Under the pieces are notes generated by a model that was not told the origin of the DNA, did no database searches, and saw nothing but the letters and a program-made list of their open reading frames with translations. Of a DNA stretch of 56,627 bases, positions 18,903 to 28,916 are shown one piece after another (position 1 is the first letter of the stretch; each line of letters starts with the position of its first letter). The stretch covers positions 1 through 56,627 of the IMG/VR virus record IMGVR_UViG_3300027732_000025; one strand, written 5' to 3'. The position numbers were made by a program, and so were the translations under genes. This stretch comes from a virus (taxonomy: Duplodnaviria; Caudoviricetes).

Positions 18903-19787
18903 TTAGAATGCCTGTAGGTCATTTAGAAGTAATCGGCAGCGATGTTCCATCAAGTAACACATAATTGCATTTAGGTCACGCTTCGGTTGTTGCTCATGAT
19001 ATACAGAGAGAATTTTCTCCTGTACTTCATTAGGTATATAGTCAAAATCAATCAGGGTGCGGTTACGTTGGAAGTTACGTTGATCAACATCAGACAGACC
19101 AGTCTGCGTCTTAAACCGATCCATTACCTTGGCTGTAACTGGTTTCTGACGACCATCTACGGTAAAGATATTATCCGGAGAAAGCACATTCGGAACTCCA
19201 TCACCTGCATCACCCTTGATAACTTTCTCAAGTAGGAAGTCTGGTTCTGGCTTGGCCACGAACTTCTTCATCAATGGATTCCACTGACGGACATTCTTGA
19301 ACTTATGCAGCTGCTTGAAGTCACCATCACTTGACACGATCAGGATCGGAGCAGGATCAGATACCAATCCCTGCTGGACTGTGTCATTCTCCGTAAGGTA
19401 CTTGGTCAGAACAGCCACAATGTCGTCGCCCTCTGCCTCATCGACCTTGATAGCTCGGTATGGAAAGATCGTGCGCAGTTCTCCGAGCAACTCAGAGGCG
19501 AAGGTAAAGATCGTATTCCAATCAGTATTGGACTTCTCACGCGAACCCTTGCGCGATGCCTTGTAGTATGGGAAATACCCACGACGCCAGTTCTTCCCAC
19601 CATCAGCGCAGAGAATTACCTCACCATACTTGGCTGAGTAGTCGGTCTTATACTTCAACAGACTAGACAGGGTGGCATGACGAATGATGTCAATTGCTTT
19701 CTTGGTGTCCTTGCCTTTGTCCATATCAGAACCGAAGGCAAGGCAACTAGCAATTACCAGCTGACTATAATCAATAAGGATTGCCAT
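18903..19787 (-). CDS. rnh: T4 RNase H (5'-3' exonuclease)
   Basis: ILID, WRR..FPYYK..R, EGDD, SSDGDF.QL, GDAGDGVPN. Confidence 0.93.
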   Translation of the reverse strand: MAILIDYSQLVIASCLAFGSDMDKGKDTKKAIDIIRHATLSSLLKYKTDYSAKYGEVILCADGGKNWRRGYFPYYKASRKGSREKSNTDWNTIFTFASELLGELRTIFPYRAIKVDEAEGDDIVAVLTKYLTENDTVQQGLVSDPAPILIVSSDGDFKQLHKFKNVRQWNPLMKKFVAKPEPDFLLEKVIKGDAGDGVPNVLSPDNIFTVDGRQKPVTAKVMDRFKTQTGLSDVDQRNFQRNRTLIDFDYIPNEVQEKILSVYHEQQPKRDLNAIMCYLMEHRCRLLLNDLQAF

Positions 19788-19793
19788 AATCTT

Positions 19794-20861
19794 TCACTTA
19801 AAAGTAGCGAGGAGGAGGGTGTCGGCATTAATCCGACCATTCGGTACAACAGGCTTCGCAGTCAGTGCCTTCATAAACTGGCCATACACACGCTTACCCC
19901 TATCCGAGAGAGGAGACAGAGTCTCTGGCTTACGCACAGTCTTCTGACCAGACTTCTCCATATCATAATTCATGATCGTCGTACCCTTGACAGTCAGAGT
20001 CATACCATCCAGAGCCTTGTAGACCTGCATCTTGCGAGTCTTGGTATTGAAACAATACAACTCATCAGCTCCGACGATCGACGTCGGGCTAACCGACTTC
20101 AGACCGAGATCATCATTGGTAGCAGCGAACTTCATCTTCGCCACGATCACACCGACTGGCTTTGCCTTCGGAGTACGAGTCTTGCGAACCACGACCTTCT
20201 TCATCTGAGTCAGACGCTCGGTCAGGGTCTCATACGCAGCCAGCAACTTCTTCAGCTCGGTCTTCTTGAAGTTGCTATAGCCTTCAACCAGATACTCATC
20301 GTTACCAGCTACTGCCTCACGCAACTCGAGCAAGGTACGCTGAATCTTCAGAGCGACCTTGTTGGCCACAGGAGTCGTCAAAGGATTCTTCATCAGGCGA
20401 TCAATATCAGGAATCGCCTTACGATCCATCACGAACTCGTCGAGGATGCCATTGAAGTCAGCCATGAATTCCTTGGCTTTGTCTTCCATCAGATCCTGGA
20501 CGCTGACCTTCTTGACAGCAACTTCAGCGACAGCTGGCTTGGACAGATCCTTGATCCGAATGAATTCATTCTGAAGGAAATCCATCTCTTTGTCTTCAAG
20601 AGCATTGCCCAGAGCCAACATACGGCACAGGGTGCCAGCAGTGCGGAACTCGCGGTCATGGATTTCGCTCGTAGGAAACTTTGCTTCCTTCTTGAAGTAT
20701 GCGAGGAACCAAGCCTTCTTCTGCTTGTTGTCGTACTCTGCATTGTAGTAATTCAATGCGTGCATCAGGCTAGCCTGATAGCGCAGGTTGTTGACTTCTG
20801 GCTCGCCAGTCTTCTTCATCAACTTTTCGACGATCGCGAGACGTTTCGCAGTAGTAGCCAT
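19794..20861 (-). CDS. conserved early hypothetical protein
   Basis: 355 aa behind a cassette; C-terminal KTVRKP...NGRIN. Confidence 0.7.
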   Translation of the reverse strand: MATTAKRLAIVEKLMKKTGEPEVNNLRYQASLMHALNYYNAEYDNKQKKAWFLAYFKKEAKFPTSEIHDREFRTAGTLCRMLALGNALEDKEMDFLQNEFIRIKDLSKPAVAEVAVKKVSVQDLMEDKAKEFMADFNGILDEFVMDRKAIPDIDRLMKNPLTTPVANKVALKIQRTLLELREAVAGNDEYLVEGYSNFKKTELKKLLAAYETLTERLTQMKKVVVRKTRTPKAKPVGVIVAKMKFAATNDDLGLKSVSPTSIVGADELYCFNTKTRKMQVYKALDGMTLTVKGTTIMNYDMEKSGQKTVRKPETLSPLSDRGKRVYGQFMKALTAKPVVPNGRINADTLLLATFK

Positions 20862-20870
20862 TTCTTTCCT

Positions 20871-20917
20871 TTCAAATTTCGATAAGTTATTATACCTGAA
20901 CTTTGAATAAAAGTAAA
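20871..20917 (-). promoter_or_regulatory. early promoter/stem-loop cassette
   Basis: TTTACT-17-TATAAT with TTCAAA/TTTGAA arms. Confidence 0.8.
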
Positions 20918-20918
20918 A

Positions 20919-21158
20919 TCAAAGCAGATAGGCAAACACGCGCATGATCTCTCGTTTGAGATCATATGGACTCTTGAACGTCTTCTTGTTGAACTTCATA
21001 TAGTTCGGGCTATAGATAGCGATGGAGTTCTCCTTGGGTAGTTCAAAGAAGTAGACATGGCCACGTGGCTCCATCAACTTCTCGTATACGTAGGGAACTC
21101 CCATAAAGAACAGGGTATCCTTAATTTCTTCTCTCGTCTCAGGTGGATTCCATGCCAT
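20919..21158 (-). CDS. hypothetical protein
   Basis: GAGG RBS; own promoter TTTACA-17-TATAAT at 21183-21211. Confidence 0.6.
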   Translation of the reverse strand: MAWNPPETREEIKDTLFFMGVPYVYEKLMEPRGHVYFFELPKENSIAIYSPNYMKFNKKTFKSPYDLKREIMRVFAYLL

Positions 21159-21208
21159 CAGATTTCCTCAAAGTAGGAATATATTATACCTGAATCCTGA
21201 ATAAATGT

Positions 21209-21228
21209 AAAATGCCCCGAAGGGCATT
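21209..21228 (-). terminator. intrinsic terminator with UUCG loop
   Basis: AATGCCC-TTCG-GGGCATTTT. Confidence 0.75.
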
Positions 21229-21230
21229 GT

Positions 21231-21593
21231 TTAGACGAACTGAGCGAAGTTTGGTGGTTGCCATCCATCTGGCTTAAGAATCTTACCATCGGGGCGACGT
21301 TTGACTACGCCAGTCTCTGGGTCGATCTTGCTTAGGTTGCTCTGAGCACCTTCTGTCCACATTGCTGGCATATCCCAACCACGAGACATAGCATAGCCAA
21401 TAGCTACCCAGCAGAGATCGAAAATAGCATCTGCTGTCTCGGTATCATCTTCAGCACTCAATGCTTCCTGTAGTTCGGTATATTCTTCCAGGATCAACTT
21501 GCGATACAGCAATGCCTGTGTTCCATTATCATGAGCAACTGTCTGGCCAACTGCGACCATAAACTTCTCAACATCTTCAATACATGTGCTCAT
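21231..21593 (-). CDS. NTP pyrophosphohydrolase (PRA-PH/MazG-like)
   Basis: LI.EEY.EL, DA..DL..V..G, SN.SK, DGKILKP. Confidence 0.82.
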   Translation of the reverse strand: MSTCIEDVEKFMVAVGQTVAHDNGTQALLYRKLILEEYTELQEALSAEDDTETADAIFDLCWVAIGYAMSRGWDMPAMWTEGAQSNLSKIDPETGVVKRRPDGKILKPDGWQPPNFAQFV

Positions 21594-21862
21594 TAAGCTG
21601 CTTTCGTTGTTTCAAATACTTGGTTGTACACTGCCTCGAACTCATTCTGTTCTTCGACAGTGGTGAAGAAATTCTGCTTGTGATAGACTCGAGCCATCTT
21701 ACGCAGGATCTTCTTATCTATCTCATAGTTATCAGCGAAGTCCTTGATGGCTTCCCTCTGAAGAGTACGTTCTGCTTCTCCACGAAACATCGAGGAACTC
21801 ATCTCAATACAGAATTCCTTGAGAGCCTTCTTACCAACATCATCTAGCGAATTCACATTCAT
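21593..21862 (-). CDS. dsbA: T4 DsbA-like dsDNA-binding protein
   Basis: KK..RKMA.VYHKQNF....E..EFE..Y pattern; near rnh. Confidence 0.65.
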   Translation of the reverse strand: MNVNSLDDVGKKALKEFCIEMSSSMFRGEAERTLQREAIKDFADNYEIDKKILRKMARVYHKQNFFTTVEEQNEFEAVYNQVFETTKAA

Positions 21863-22107
21863 TATACAACCTCCATGGTCTTAATTGAATTAGGTCGGAT
21901 CGAACGCCACTGTTCGAGGTCAATATCAAACACAGGAACAGCAGTAGTTGCTTCCTCAATAACAGTTGCCTTCTTAGGCGCAGCTTCGGCTGGGATCCTG
22001 TCACTCATACGCGTGCAGACCATCTTCCGAATCGTACCATCTACCTTCTCGAATTCAATGTTGTAGACATTAGTAGACATAGCCGTAGCAAATTCAATAG
22101 CATTCAT
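21862..22107 (-). CDS. WYL_2/SH3-like protein
   Basis: F.K.DG..R.M.CT and VFD.....WRS. Confidence 0.7.
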   Translation of the reverse strand: MNAIEFATAMSTNVYNIEFEKVDGTIRKMVCTRMSDRIPAEAAPKKATVIEEATTAVPVFDIDLEQWRSIRPNSIKTMEVV

Positions 22108-23411
22108 TTCAAATCTCCAATCATATTAGCAGTCAATTTATCATCACGAACTTCAACAAAGATCGGCAGGAACAACGACTTGATCGTCGATGTCTTATTG
22201 CTGATCAATGCATTATACTTGCATTTCACAATTTTCCCAAAATAATAATCAAATGGTTTCTGACGATCTGCTTCAGTAAAGCCAGATCCGACGTCAAACT
22301 TTACCAGACCATCGGCGGTCTTGCAGGTCAACGAACCGACCCATCCTGGCACCTTCGTGTGCTCAGTAACACCAATTACTTCGGCATCGATATCTTTTTC
22401 TTCCTTGAGTTTGATCATCTTCTTACTACGACGATCCTCCCAATGCATATCAGCGAACTTCAGGATTGCACCTTCTTCGCCGCGCTCGAGCATTTCTTCA
22501 TAGAACCTCTCTGCTTGCTCCAAGTTAGACACAACCCTGGACTGGACCAACAACACCAGCCCTGGAGTCATCGATGCTTGTGCTTCCATCAAGTTCTTCA
22601 GACGTTCTTTGTATGGAACCTCGCAATGACAGAATGAGAATGCTGTCAGTGGAATCATATCCCACACAACATACCGGAACCGAGCTGCTTCTTGTGGAGT
22701 AATCGTACCGCGAACTGCCTTGGTAAAGAAACCATTACCAGTCTTGCGATCCTCAACTCCTGTACCTGACAAGACAACCAACTCGCCATCGAACACATAG
22801 CCAGGGAACTTACTCAGCAAAGTGTCAAAGAACCCATGGAGCATCAATGCCTTACCATTCCGTGAGCGGAAGTCTACTGTACCATCATCAAGTACCCTAG
22901 CCATTGCTCGGCCACCATCCATCTTCGTCTGAACGATGTAACCATCTTTCTTCGGTACAATTGATGCAGCTGCCTTCTCATCCATCTTCGATGCCAGCAT
23001 ACAAGGCATCTCTGGAATCAGACCTGGCCAAACTTTGTTACAGATGGCAGTACCGACGTTACAATCCAGATCTCGATTGATGATCTTGATGAGGATTGAT
23101 CGGTCTTTCTCAGTCAGGCTAGTCAGAACACCTGCCAAGAAATCTCGGGCAGCATGTCCTGTTACCTTACGCCCAGCGAGCTGACCAAAAACAGAACTGA
23201 GCACTCCGATGGTAATTTCTTCCTTACCACCAGGAACACCTGCCCAGACATTCTTATCTACTGTGATGTAGAAGTTGAAGAATGGGTTCTCCGTCAGATT
23301 GAACGCTGTCATAAGGACTTCGTTGTCCTTATTGGCTTCGAGGATCTGCTGCTTGTTCAGCGTAGAGGAATGATCCTTCAGAGCAGAAATAATGTGGTAT
23401 AGTTCACTCAT
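22104..23411 (-). CDS. gp30: ATP-dependent DNA ligase
   Basis: KMDGGR, FDGEL, EGAILK, K.K, VGSGF, LFLP.F. Confidence 0.93.
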   Translation of the reverse strand: MSELYHIISALKDHSSTLNKQQILEANKDNEVLMTAFNLTENPFFNFYITVDKNVWAGVPGGKEEITIGVLSSVFGQLAGRKVTGHAARDFLAGVLTSLTEKDRSILIKIINRDLDCNVGTAICNKVWPGLIPEMPCMLASKMDEKAAASIVPKKDGYIVQTKMDGGRAMARVLDDGTVDFRSRNGKALMLHGFFDTLLSKFPGYVFDGELVVLSGTGVEDRKTGNGFFTKAVRGTITPQEAARFRYVVWDMIPLTAFSFCHCEVPYKERLKNLMEAQASMTPGLVLLVQSRVVSNLEQAERFYEEMLERGEEGAILKFADMHWEDRRSKKMIKLKEEKDIDAEVIGVTEHTKVPGWVGSLTCKTADGLVKFDVGSGFTEADRQKPFDYYFGKIVKCKYNALISNKTSTIKSLFLPIFVEVRDDKLTANMIGDLK

Positions 23412-23589
23412 GGTTTATTCCGGTATTATTCTGGTAGTACTCGACTTCGAATTGGTGCCACTTCGGCAGCTGGCCATCAGGGAAATACTCACAGAGTGTA
23501 TTTTCTAAAAGATGATCTGCGTCATCCAGGTTGTCGGCTTCGATTTCGATCCGAATAGGACCAAGGGTATAGGCATATATTGACTTCAT
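23404..23589 (-). CDS. hypothetical protein
   Basis: AAGGA RBS, 61 aa. Confidence 0.5.
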   Translation of the reverse strand: MKSIYAYTLGPIRIEIEADNLDDADHLLENTLCEYFPDGQLPKWHQFEVEYYQNNTGINHE

Positions 23590-23596
23590 ATATTCC

Positions 23597-23734
23597 TTAG
23601 AAAATCACCACTTCGTCCTGGTCCACTTCCACACGATCAATGGGATCAGTCATGCCCAATTCCGTGTTCCACACCGTGACTTCCATGTCCTGGTCCATCC
23701 CACGCAGCACTTCAATCAATTCTGAAACAGTCAT
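23597..23734 (-). CDS. small acidic early protein
   Basis: not in the ORF track; GGAG RBS; MTVSELIEVL. Confidence 0.55.
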   Translation of the reverse strand: MTVSELIEVLRGMDQDMEVTVWNTELGMTDPIDRVEVDQDEVVIF

Positions 23735-23746
23735 AATATACTCCGA

Positions 23747-23920
23747 TTAGAAAGGAAAGTCTTCAAACACTTCGATGTCAACTGGCTCACCTTCGAAGGT
23801 GTATGGATCAGCAGCGACCCAAGCCAGGAGTTCTTCGTTCTTCCTGTGGCACTCAATCTCTTCCAGGATCGTCTGGATTTCTTCGGAGGAGTAGCCTTGG
23901 GAAATCAGATATTCAGTCAT
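23747..23920 (-). CDS. small acidic early protein
   Basis: not in the ORF track; first ORF after a cassette; MTEYLISQG. Confidence 0.55.
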   Translation of the reverse strand: MTEYLISQGYSSEEIQTILEEIECHRKNEELLAWVAADPYTFEGEPVDIEVFEDFPF

Positions 23921-23935
23921 TTTTCTTTCCTTTTG

Positions 23936-23978
23936 CGTTTCGATAAGTTATTATACCTCGAAACGAAATAAAAGTAAA
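23936..23978 (-). promoter_or_regulatory. early promoter/stem-loop cassette
   Basis: TTTACT-17-TATAAT; CGTTTCGA/TCGAAACG arms. Confidence 0.82.
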
Positions 23979-23992
23979 TTACTGAAATCCTA

Positions 23993-24244
23993 CTATTTTC
24001 GTCGCATAAGTCGTTGATTCAACACGAAATTTTCTACCACTAGGTGCGTGCAAGCAGAAAGTAGCATCAATTCTCTCTCAAGAGGGGAATCTACGTAAAT
24101 TACCTTATCTACGATTGAATTCGCAATAAAACGATAAGTATCTTCTTCATTGATGGGCAACATACCAAAGTCCGTAGGATCGGTCTTTTCCATCTCCATG
24201 GCCATCTCTACGACAGCATCAAGCAAACTCTTAGGATTGATCAT
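23993..24244 (-). CDS. conserved hypothetical protein
   Basis: probable start MINPKSLL after AGGA; L.VENFVLN motif. Confidence 0.55.
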   Translation of the reverse strand: MINPKSLLDAVVEMAMEMEKTDPTDFGMLPINEEDTYRFIANSIVDKVIYVDSPLERELMLLSACTHLVVENFVLNQRLMRRK

Positions 24245-24385
24245 CTTGTTTCCTGCGCCATACTTCAACTGATAAGTTTCCGAACTCTTCAAGCAGATCT
24301 TTGTTAGACCAGGTACGTAGGTCTTCCATAACTGGCCACCCGAGGTCTACATTTATTTTGTAGACCTGCTCTATCAGGAAATCTC

Positions 24386-25330
24386 TTATCCCCATTTTGC
24401 TTCAGACTTGATAAGTTTACGATGCTGAATGAAACCACGAAGGTTACCCGACCAGTAGTTCTCATCCCGATCCATATGGGTAATACCTTCTTCCCAAGTA
24501 CTTGGATCCTTATGAATAGAATACAGACCAGAATTCTTGTATTTCATCGGAGTCGCCTGATGTTCAATCGGCGAGGCATGGATTGGTTCAGACTCAATCA
24601 ACCTAGCGAAGATGTCCTTGGCTTTCTCCAGTGAGTCATCATTCCTACGATAGGAAACTTGAGCACAGCAGCTGGCAGATACCTTGATTGCATCTTCTTT
24701 GGTTAGTTGGAAACCATCAGAGTCAAAGTAACGCAGAACTCCATCTATATCTCGTTCTGTCTTGACATAAGGAACATGCCATTCACCTGACTTAATAAGT
24801 ATTGATTCTGATTGTTCTAGGCACTTAACAATGCAATCAGCCAGTTCAAAGAACTCTGGTTGAGCATCTGGATGATGGCGAAGCCAGATAAGGTTAGCCC
24901 ATTCGGTACCAGAGATGACAGTCTTCATCATCTGGAATGGCTCAGTAATTCTGTTGGCAATCTGCTTATGCAGGCCCATATCACTTAGTACAGTGGAATG
25001 GCTTAGCATAGAATCTCTGGCTGCATTCCACACTCCAAGCGCACCTTGCTTTACGAGATCTTCTACTTCTTCCTTGGCACTCATTCCTGGTTGGTTCTTA
25101 CCCCAATGTACAGGCATTGCGGTCTTTTCCATAATGGTCTCATGCATCTTCTTGATAGGAATTGCCCTGGAACTCGCGGCATTCTTACTCAACATCCGAT
25201 GCGTCATCAACTCTGCGTGGATGAATCGTGGATATTCCAGTTCCATAGTTACCATCCGACCACCAACACAAACTGAGTCAGCGATAACTGTACAGGAGAT
25301 ATTATTCGTGCCTTCAATTCTTAACATCAT
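24386..25330 (-). CDS. thyX: flavin-dependent thymidylate synthase
   Basis: PRFIHAELMTHR...N..SSR motif, NR..EPF, AQPE. Confidence 0.85.
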   Translation of the reverse strand: MMLRIEGTNNISCTVIADSVCVGGRMVTMELEYPRFIHAELMTHRMLSKNAASSRAIPIKKMHETIMEKTAMPVHWGKNQPGMSAKEEVEDLVKQGALGVWNAARDSMLSHSTVLSDMGLHKQIANRITEPFQMMKTVISGTEWANLIWLRHHPDAQPEFFELADCIVKCLEQSESILIKSGEWHVPYVKTERDIDGVLRYFDSDGFQLTKEDAIKVSASCCAQVSYRRNDDSLEKAKDIFARLIESEPIHASPIEHQATPMKYKNSGLYSIHKDPSTWEEGITHMDRDENYWSGNLRGFIQHRKLIKSEAKWG

Positions 25331-25339
25331 AATTCCTAA

Positions 25340-25630
25340 TTAAAAAATCATTCGTGTCAGTCCGATCAAATCAATCGAGACTAGGAGCATGTAATTCGCG
25401 AGCATTCCAAAAGAGCGGCGAGTATAGGCAGCCCATGAATACAAAGAGCAACCAAAAATCCAAAGAGGATACAACAAAAGAAGAGGCGGATCGGGTACTG
25501 TGATAGCCATTGTGAGAGCGCACCCAACGCTAATAGCCCAAGCAACCAACTCAACCAAAAAGCGAAACGGATTTGATCTATAATCATACTTTATCCATAT
25601 AATCATCGTAGGGATGATATCCACAATCAA
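25340..25630 (-). CDS. small membrane protein
   Basis: three hydrophobic segments. Confidence 0.55.
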   Translation of the reverse strand: MIVDIIPTMIIWIKYDYRSNPFRFLVELVAWAISVGCALTMAITVPDPPLLLLYPLWIFGCSLYSWAAYTRRSFGMLANYMLLVSIDLIGLTRMIF

Positions 25631-26343
25631 TCCCAGAGTCCACGATAGTATTTACCAAATAACTTGAACCCATTGTCAATTCGGTCTGAATAAACCTTAG
25701 CACCTTCATGATCATATACATGGGTATGGTTTGGACCATGGAACATCTGCGAGCACTTTTCCGTCTTGCCAGTAATTGGGTTTTCATACCCAGTCTCAGA
25801 CTCTTTCCACTGCCAGTCATGCTCACCAGAGTGGAACTGCTTCTCCCAATCATTGTCTGGATGATGTTGCTCAAATGCCCAGATCATCTCATCAAGTATC
25901 CACTCCCAACGAAGGTGATGGTTACTATCCGTATCCCACTCATTCTCTTTGGGTTCAGCAGAAGTTGACCGAAGATTCTCTGGCACATCTGCGTCATCGA
26001 CATAAGGCGAGCCATGCTTGGTTGCCTGTAGTTGCTTCAGCATTGGTAGGATAATATATGCAAGAGTACCATCCATATTCCAGGTATCATACTTGTCGAT
26101 ACGCACTTCGATCTTGCGCTTCTTCTTGGAATCTACCCAAGTAAGAAACTTACAAAGTGTATTGGACTGGGTGTCATCTACCAGAACATTCTTTAGAGAG
26201 ATCACTTTATTGGAATCGCCTGCGAGCCATTGACCAAAGTTGTGAACACAATTGTCATTCTCCTTATCCATCCAGAAAAGGATCTTCTCTGCCAGTTGGT
26301 ATGGACCGAACCAGCTCTTATGTGGACCAATATCGACTTTCAT
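25627..26343 (-). CDS. conserved hypothetical protein
   Basis: DTW.MD.TLA.II.PML and W.WILDEMIWAFE motifs. Confidence 0.65.
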   Translation of the reverse strand: MKVDIGPHKSWFGPYQLAEKILFWMDKENDNCVHNFGQWLAGDSNKVISLKNVLVDDTQSNTLCKFLTWVDSKKKRKIEVRIDKYDTWNMDGTLAYIILPMLKQLQATKHGSPYVDDADVPENLRSTSAEPKENEWDTDSNHHLRWEWILDEMIWAFEQHHPDNDWEKQFHSGEHDWQWKESETGYENPITGKTEKCSQMFHGPNHTHVYDHEGAKVYSDRIDNGFKLFGKYYRGLWD

Positions 26344-26594
26344 TCGCACTCAGTCCATTCTGTTGTTACTACGATTTTCTCGACTAGTTTTACCTTAGTC
26401 AACTCAGTGTATGGCGGATTTACCCCATGCCAGGAATTATACTTACTAATATACATACTAAACCGATAGTATTCATCGAGGCAATTGACGATCCAAGTAT
26501 CACAGTAACCATGTTGGGTTACTTCTGTATTGATACATTTGGAATCTGCTTGTTGCGTTAAAGCAACTGCTTCTTCGAGTTTTATTTTCTTAAT
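26340..26594 (-). CDS. hypothetical protein
   Basis: coupled ORF. Confidence 0.5.
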   Translation of the reverse strand: MKKIKLEEAVALTQQADSKCINTEVTQHGYCDTWIVNCLDEYYRFSMYISKYNSWHGVNPPYTELTKVKLVEKIVVTTEWTECE

Positions 26595-26979
26595 CATTTT
26601 CAATCCATTCTAAAACATCAAAGTATTCTCTGAACCTAAGTCTGGCATCATACATATCTAGACCGAGGATATTAGCAGAAAGAGTATTGCCTTCCTGCTC
26701 AACATCGAATGGGCAGATCTTCGTAGATGACAGGATAGCAGTAAAATCAACTACTGCCTTTACTTTATATATCTTCCCATTTGTCAGTCTATTCACGAAG
26801 TCATATGACTCATTATGTGCGTCGGCAAGAGTATTAAACCATGCATCAGCAGCATCCTGAGTGTCAAACCTCTTGGATATAATTGACCCTGTGATTGGGT
26901 TAATCCAGAACCACTGTTCCTGTCCATTAAATCTTTGCTTCATCAGATGAGCAAGAATTTCTTTTCCTTTGAATTTCAT
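26590..26979 (-). CDS. hypothetical protein
   Basis: 129 aa; promoter TTTACT-17-TATACT at 26986-27014. Confidence 0.55.
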   Translation of the reverse strand: MKFKGKEILAHLMKQRFNGQEQWFWINPITGSIISKRFDTQDAADAWFNTLADAHNESYDFVNRLTNGKIYKVKAVVDFTAILSSTKICPFDVEQEGNTLSANILGLDMYDARLRFREYFDVLEWIEND

Positions 26980-27059
26980 AATGAAAGTATACCTTTGTTT
27001 TTTATAAAAGTAAAGTTATTTATTATCTAAATAAAGATAGTTAAACAATTGGAGTTGTA

Positions 27060-28916
27060 ATGAAAATAAAATTCATATTATTCACTTTGCTGTCATCATT
27101 ATCTTTTGCAACAGCAGCACAGACCTTCTCTGTTGAGGGTAAGATGTTTAATTCTAATCCCTGCGCAAAAGAATGGCGTGCTTGCAAAATAAAAGAAAAA
27201 ACAGTTGTTGCTTATGGTGCCAATGACAAATTCGTGTTAAAAGAATTCGCAGCTGGTAAAGTATTTTGCACAAACTGGAGTTTTGGTAAAGATCCAATAA
27301 AGGGAACCCTAAAGGCTTGTTATTTACCAGCTCCTGCACCTGAACCTCCTGCTCCGACGCCAGAGCCACCTCCCCAACCTCCTGCTCCGACGCCAGAGCC
27401 ACCTCCCCAACCTCCTGCTCCTGCTGCGTCAGCACCAATCAGACCCACGTTTACCTACAATGGTCATGAGTTTTCCATTGCTAGTTGTGGTGACGGCATG
27501 GGCAGAAAGTGCACTGTTACTATCGATACAATGATTGCTTATGGACCTAATACTTCTTTTGATGTAAACCCAGCGGGTCCTTATGTCATCAAGTCGGTTG
27601 GTCCAGGCACTTATTCTTGCAGTGTGAGTACTTTTGGTAGTGATCCAAATCCTGTATTACGTAACTTTGAAAGAGCTTGTTATATTCCAGTGGCAGCGTT
27701 GCCTGTTGTGGCACCATTTGTCATGCCAGAAGTACCCATGTCCATGATGTCACATAATGTACTGCCAGACATTCCACCAGGCACTTGGAGTCGTGTTGCT
27801 TTGGTCGACCAACCATACTCATTTGAGGGTACAAAGATGGTTCGTTGGGGCGATGGAGTCAACAAGTGGTTCTATCGTCAGGACACACTGGGTGGGACCT
27901 GCTCTCGTCGCTATTTGAATTATTGGCACAATGACCTAAAAGAATGTCAGGTGTTTACGCCAGCCAGCACCGCGCAGAACCTGAGCATGAAAATGGGCGA
28001 TATGCCTGTAGTAGATATAAATCAAGTGCCCAAAAGAGCCGCTGGCTTTAGCGATCTACGTTTGAAATTTTATGCAACTGACGATATTACCACTTCCGAT
28101 ATCGGTGCTTTCAGAATGATGTGTGGTTACAGCCACATGGGATTTAACGATCCCATCATATACCCTGGCCAGAACGGAGCATCACATCTACACACATTCT
28201 TTGGCAATACCGGAGCAGATGCGTTCAGTACCACTGACAGTTTGACCAACACAGGCAATTCCACCTGTGGTGGTGGTATCGCCAATCGTAGTTCATATTG
28301 GGTTCCAACCATTATCGATACTCGTACCAACACCCCTCTTCAGGCAGAGGCCAATCAAATTTACTACAAGACTGGATATCACTATATTCCTCCTAGTTTG
28401 ATTCAGCCACTACCAGCAGGATTAAGAATGATTGCTGGTAATGCCAAGGCTACGGACAATGCCAGCGGCAGTAGTTTTGGTTACAGTTGCCAGAGTGTTC
28501 CTGATGGAGTAACTGCTCCACCAGGCGGTCGTGCTATACCCAATTGCCCTGTTGGCAGCACACTGGTAATGGGTGTACATTTTCCGCAGTGTTGGGATGG
28601 TGTCAACCTAGACAGTCCGGATCACAAGTCACATATGGCTTATCCTAAATTTGGTTGCCCATCAACTCATCCAGTACCACTTACTAATATTTCTTTTAAT
28701 ATCTATTACAAAGTAAAAGAACCTAACATTGACACCTACTGGAGACTGAGTTCAGACAACTACCCCATGGGTACTCCTGGTGGCTATAGTGGCCACGGAG
28801 ATTGGTGGAATGGTTGGAGTGGTTTGATGAATACTTGGATGCTGAACTGCAACCAACGCAGCAGAGATTGTCATACTAACAATCTGGGTGATGGAAATCG
28901 GATGCTTGGTTATTAA
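27060..28916 (+). CDS. secreted protein: signal peptide, three Cys-rich repeats, Pro-rich linker, C-terminal DUF1996 domain
   Basis: DPIIYPG...SHLHTFFG, NRSSYWVP, FPQCWDG.NLDSPDHKSHMAY, HGDW; late promoter TCTAAATA at 27026-27033. Confidence 0.82.
   Translation: MKIKFILFTLLSSLSFATAAQTFSVEGKMFNSNPCAKEWRACKIKEKTVVAYGANDKFVLKEFAAGKVFCTNWSFGKDPIKGTLKACYLPAPAPEPPAPTPEPPPQPPAPTPEPPPQPPAPAASAPIRPTFTYNGHEFSIASCGDGMGRKCTVTIDTMIAYGPNTSFDVNPAGPYVIKSVGPGTYSCSVSTFGSDPNPVLRNFERACYIPVAALPVVAPFVMPEVPMSMMSHNVLPDIPPGTWSRVALVDQPYSFEGTKMVRWGDGVNKWFYRQDTLGGTCSRRYLNYWHNDLKECQVFTPASTAQNLSMKMGDMPVVDINQVPKRAAGFSDLRLKFYATDDITTSDIGAFRMMCGYSHMGFNDPIIYPGQNGASHLHTFFGNTGADAFSTTDSLTNTGNSTCGGGIANRSSYWVPTIIDTRTNTPLQAEANQIYYKTGYHYIPPSLIQPLPAGLRMIAGNAKATDNASGSSFGYSCQSVPDGVTAPPGGRAIPNCPVGSTLVMGVHFPQCWDGVNLDSPDHKSHMAYPKFGCPSTHPVPLTNISFNIYYKVKEPNIDTYWRLSSDNYPMGTPGGYSGHGDWWNGWSGLMNTWMLNCNQRSRDCHTNNLGDGNRMLGY
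27344..27421 (+). repeat. 33-bp tandem repeat encoding PPAPTPEPPPQ
   Basis: acctcctgctccgacgccagagccacctcccca x2 plus a partial third copy. Confidence 0.85.

Noticed and set aside
19677-20885. 402-aa plus-strand ORF
   Set aside because: Antisense shadow of a well-formed minus-strand gene with strong codon bias; no RBS or motifs
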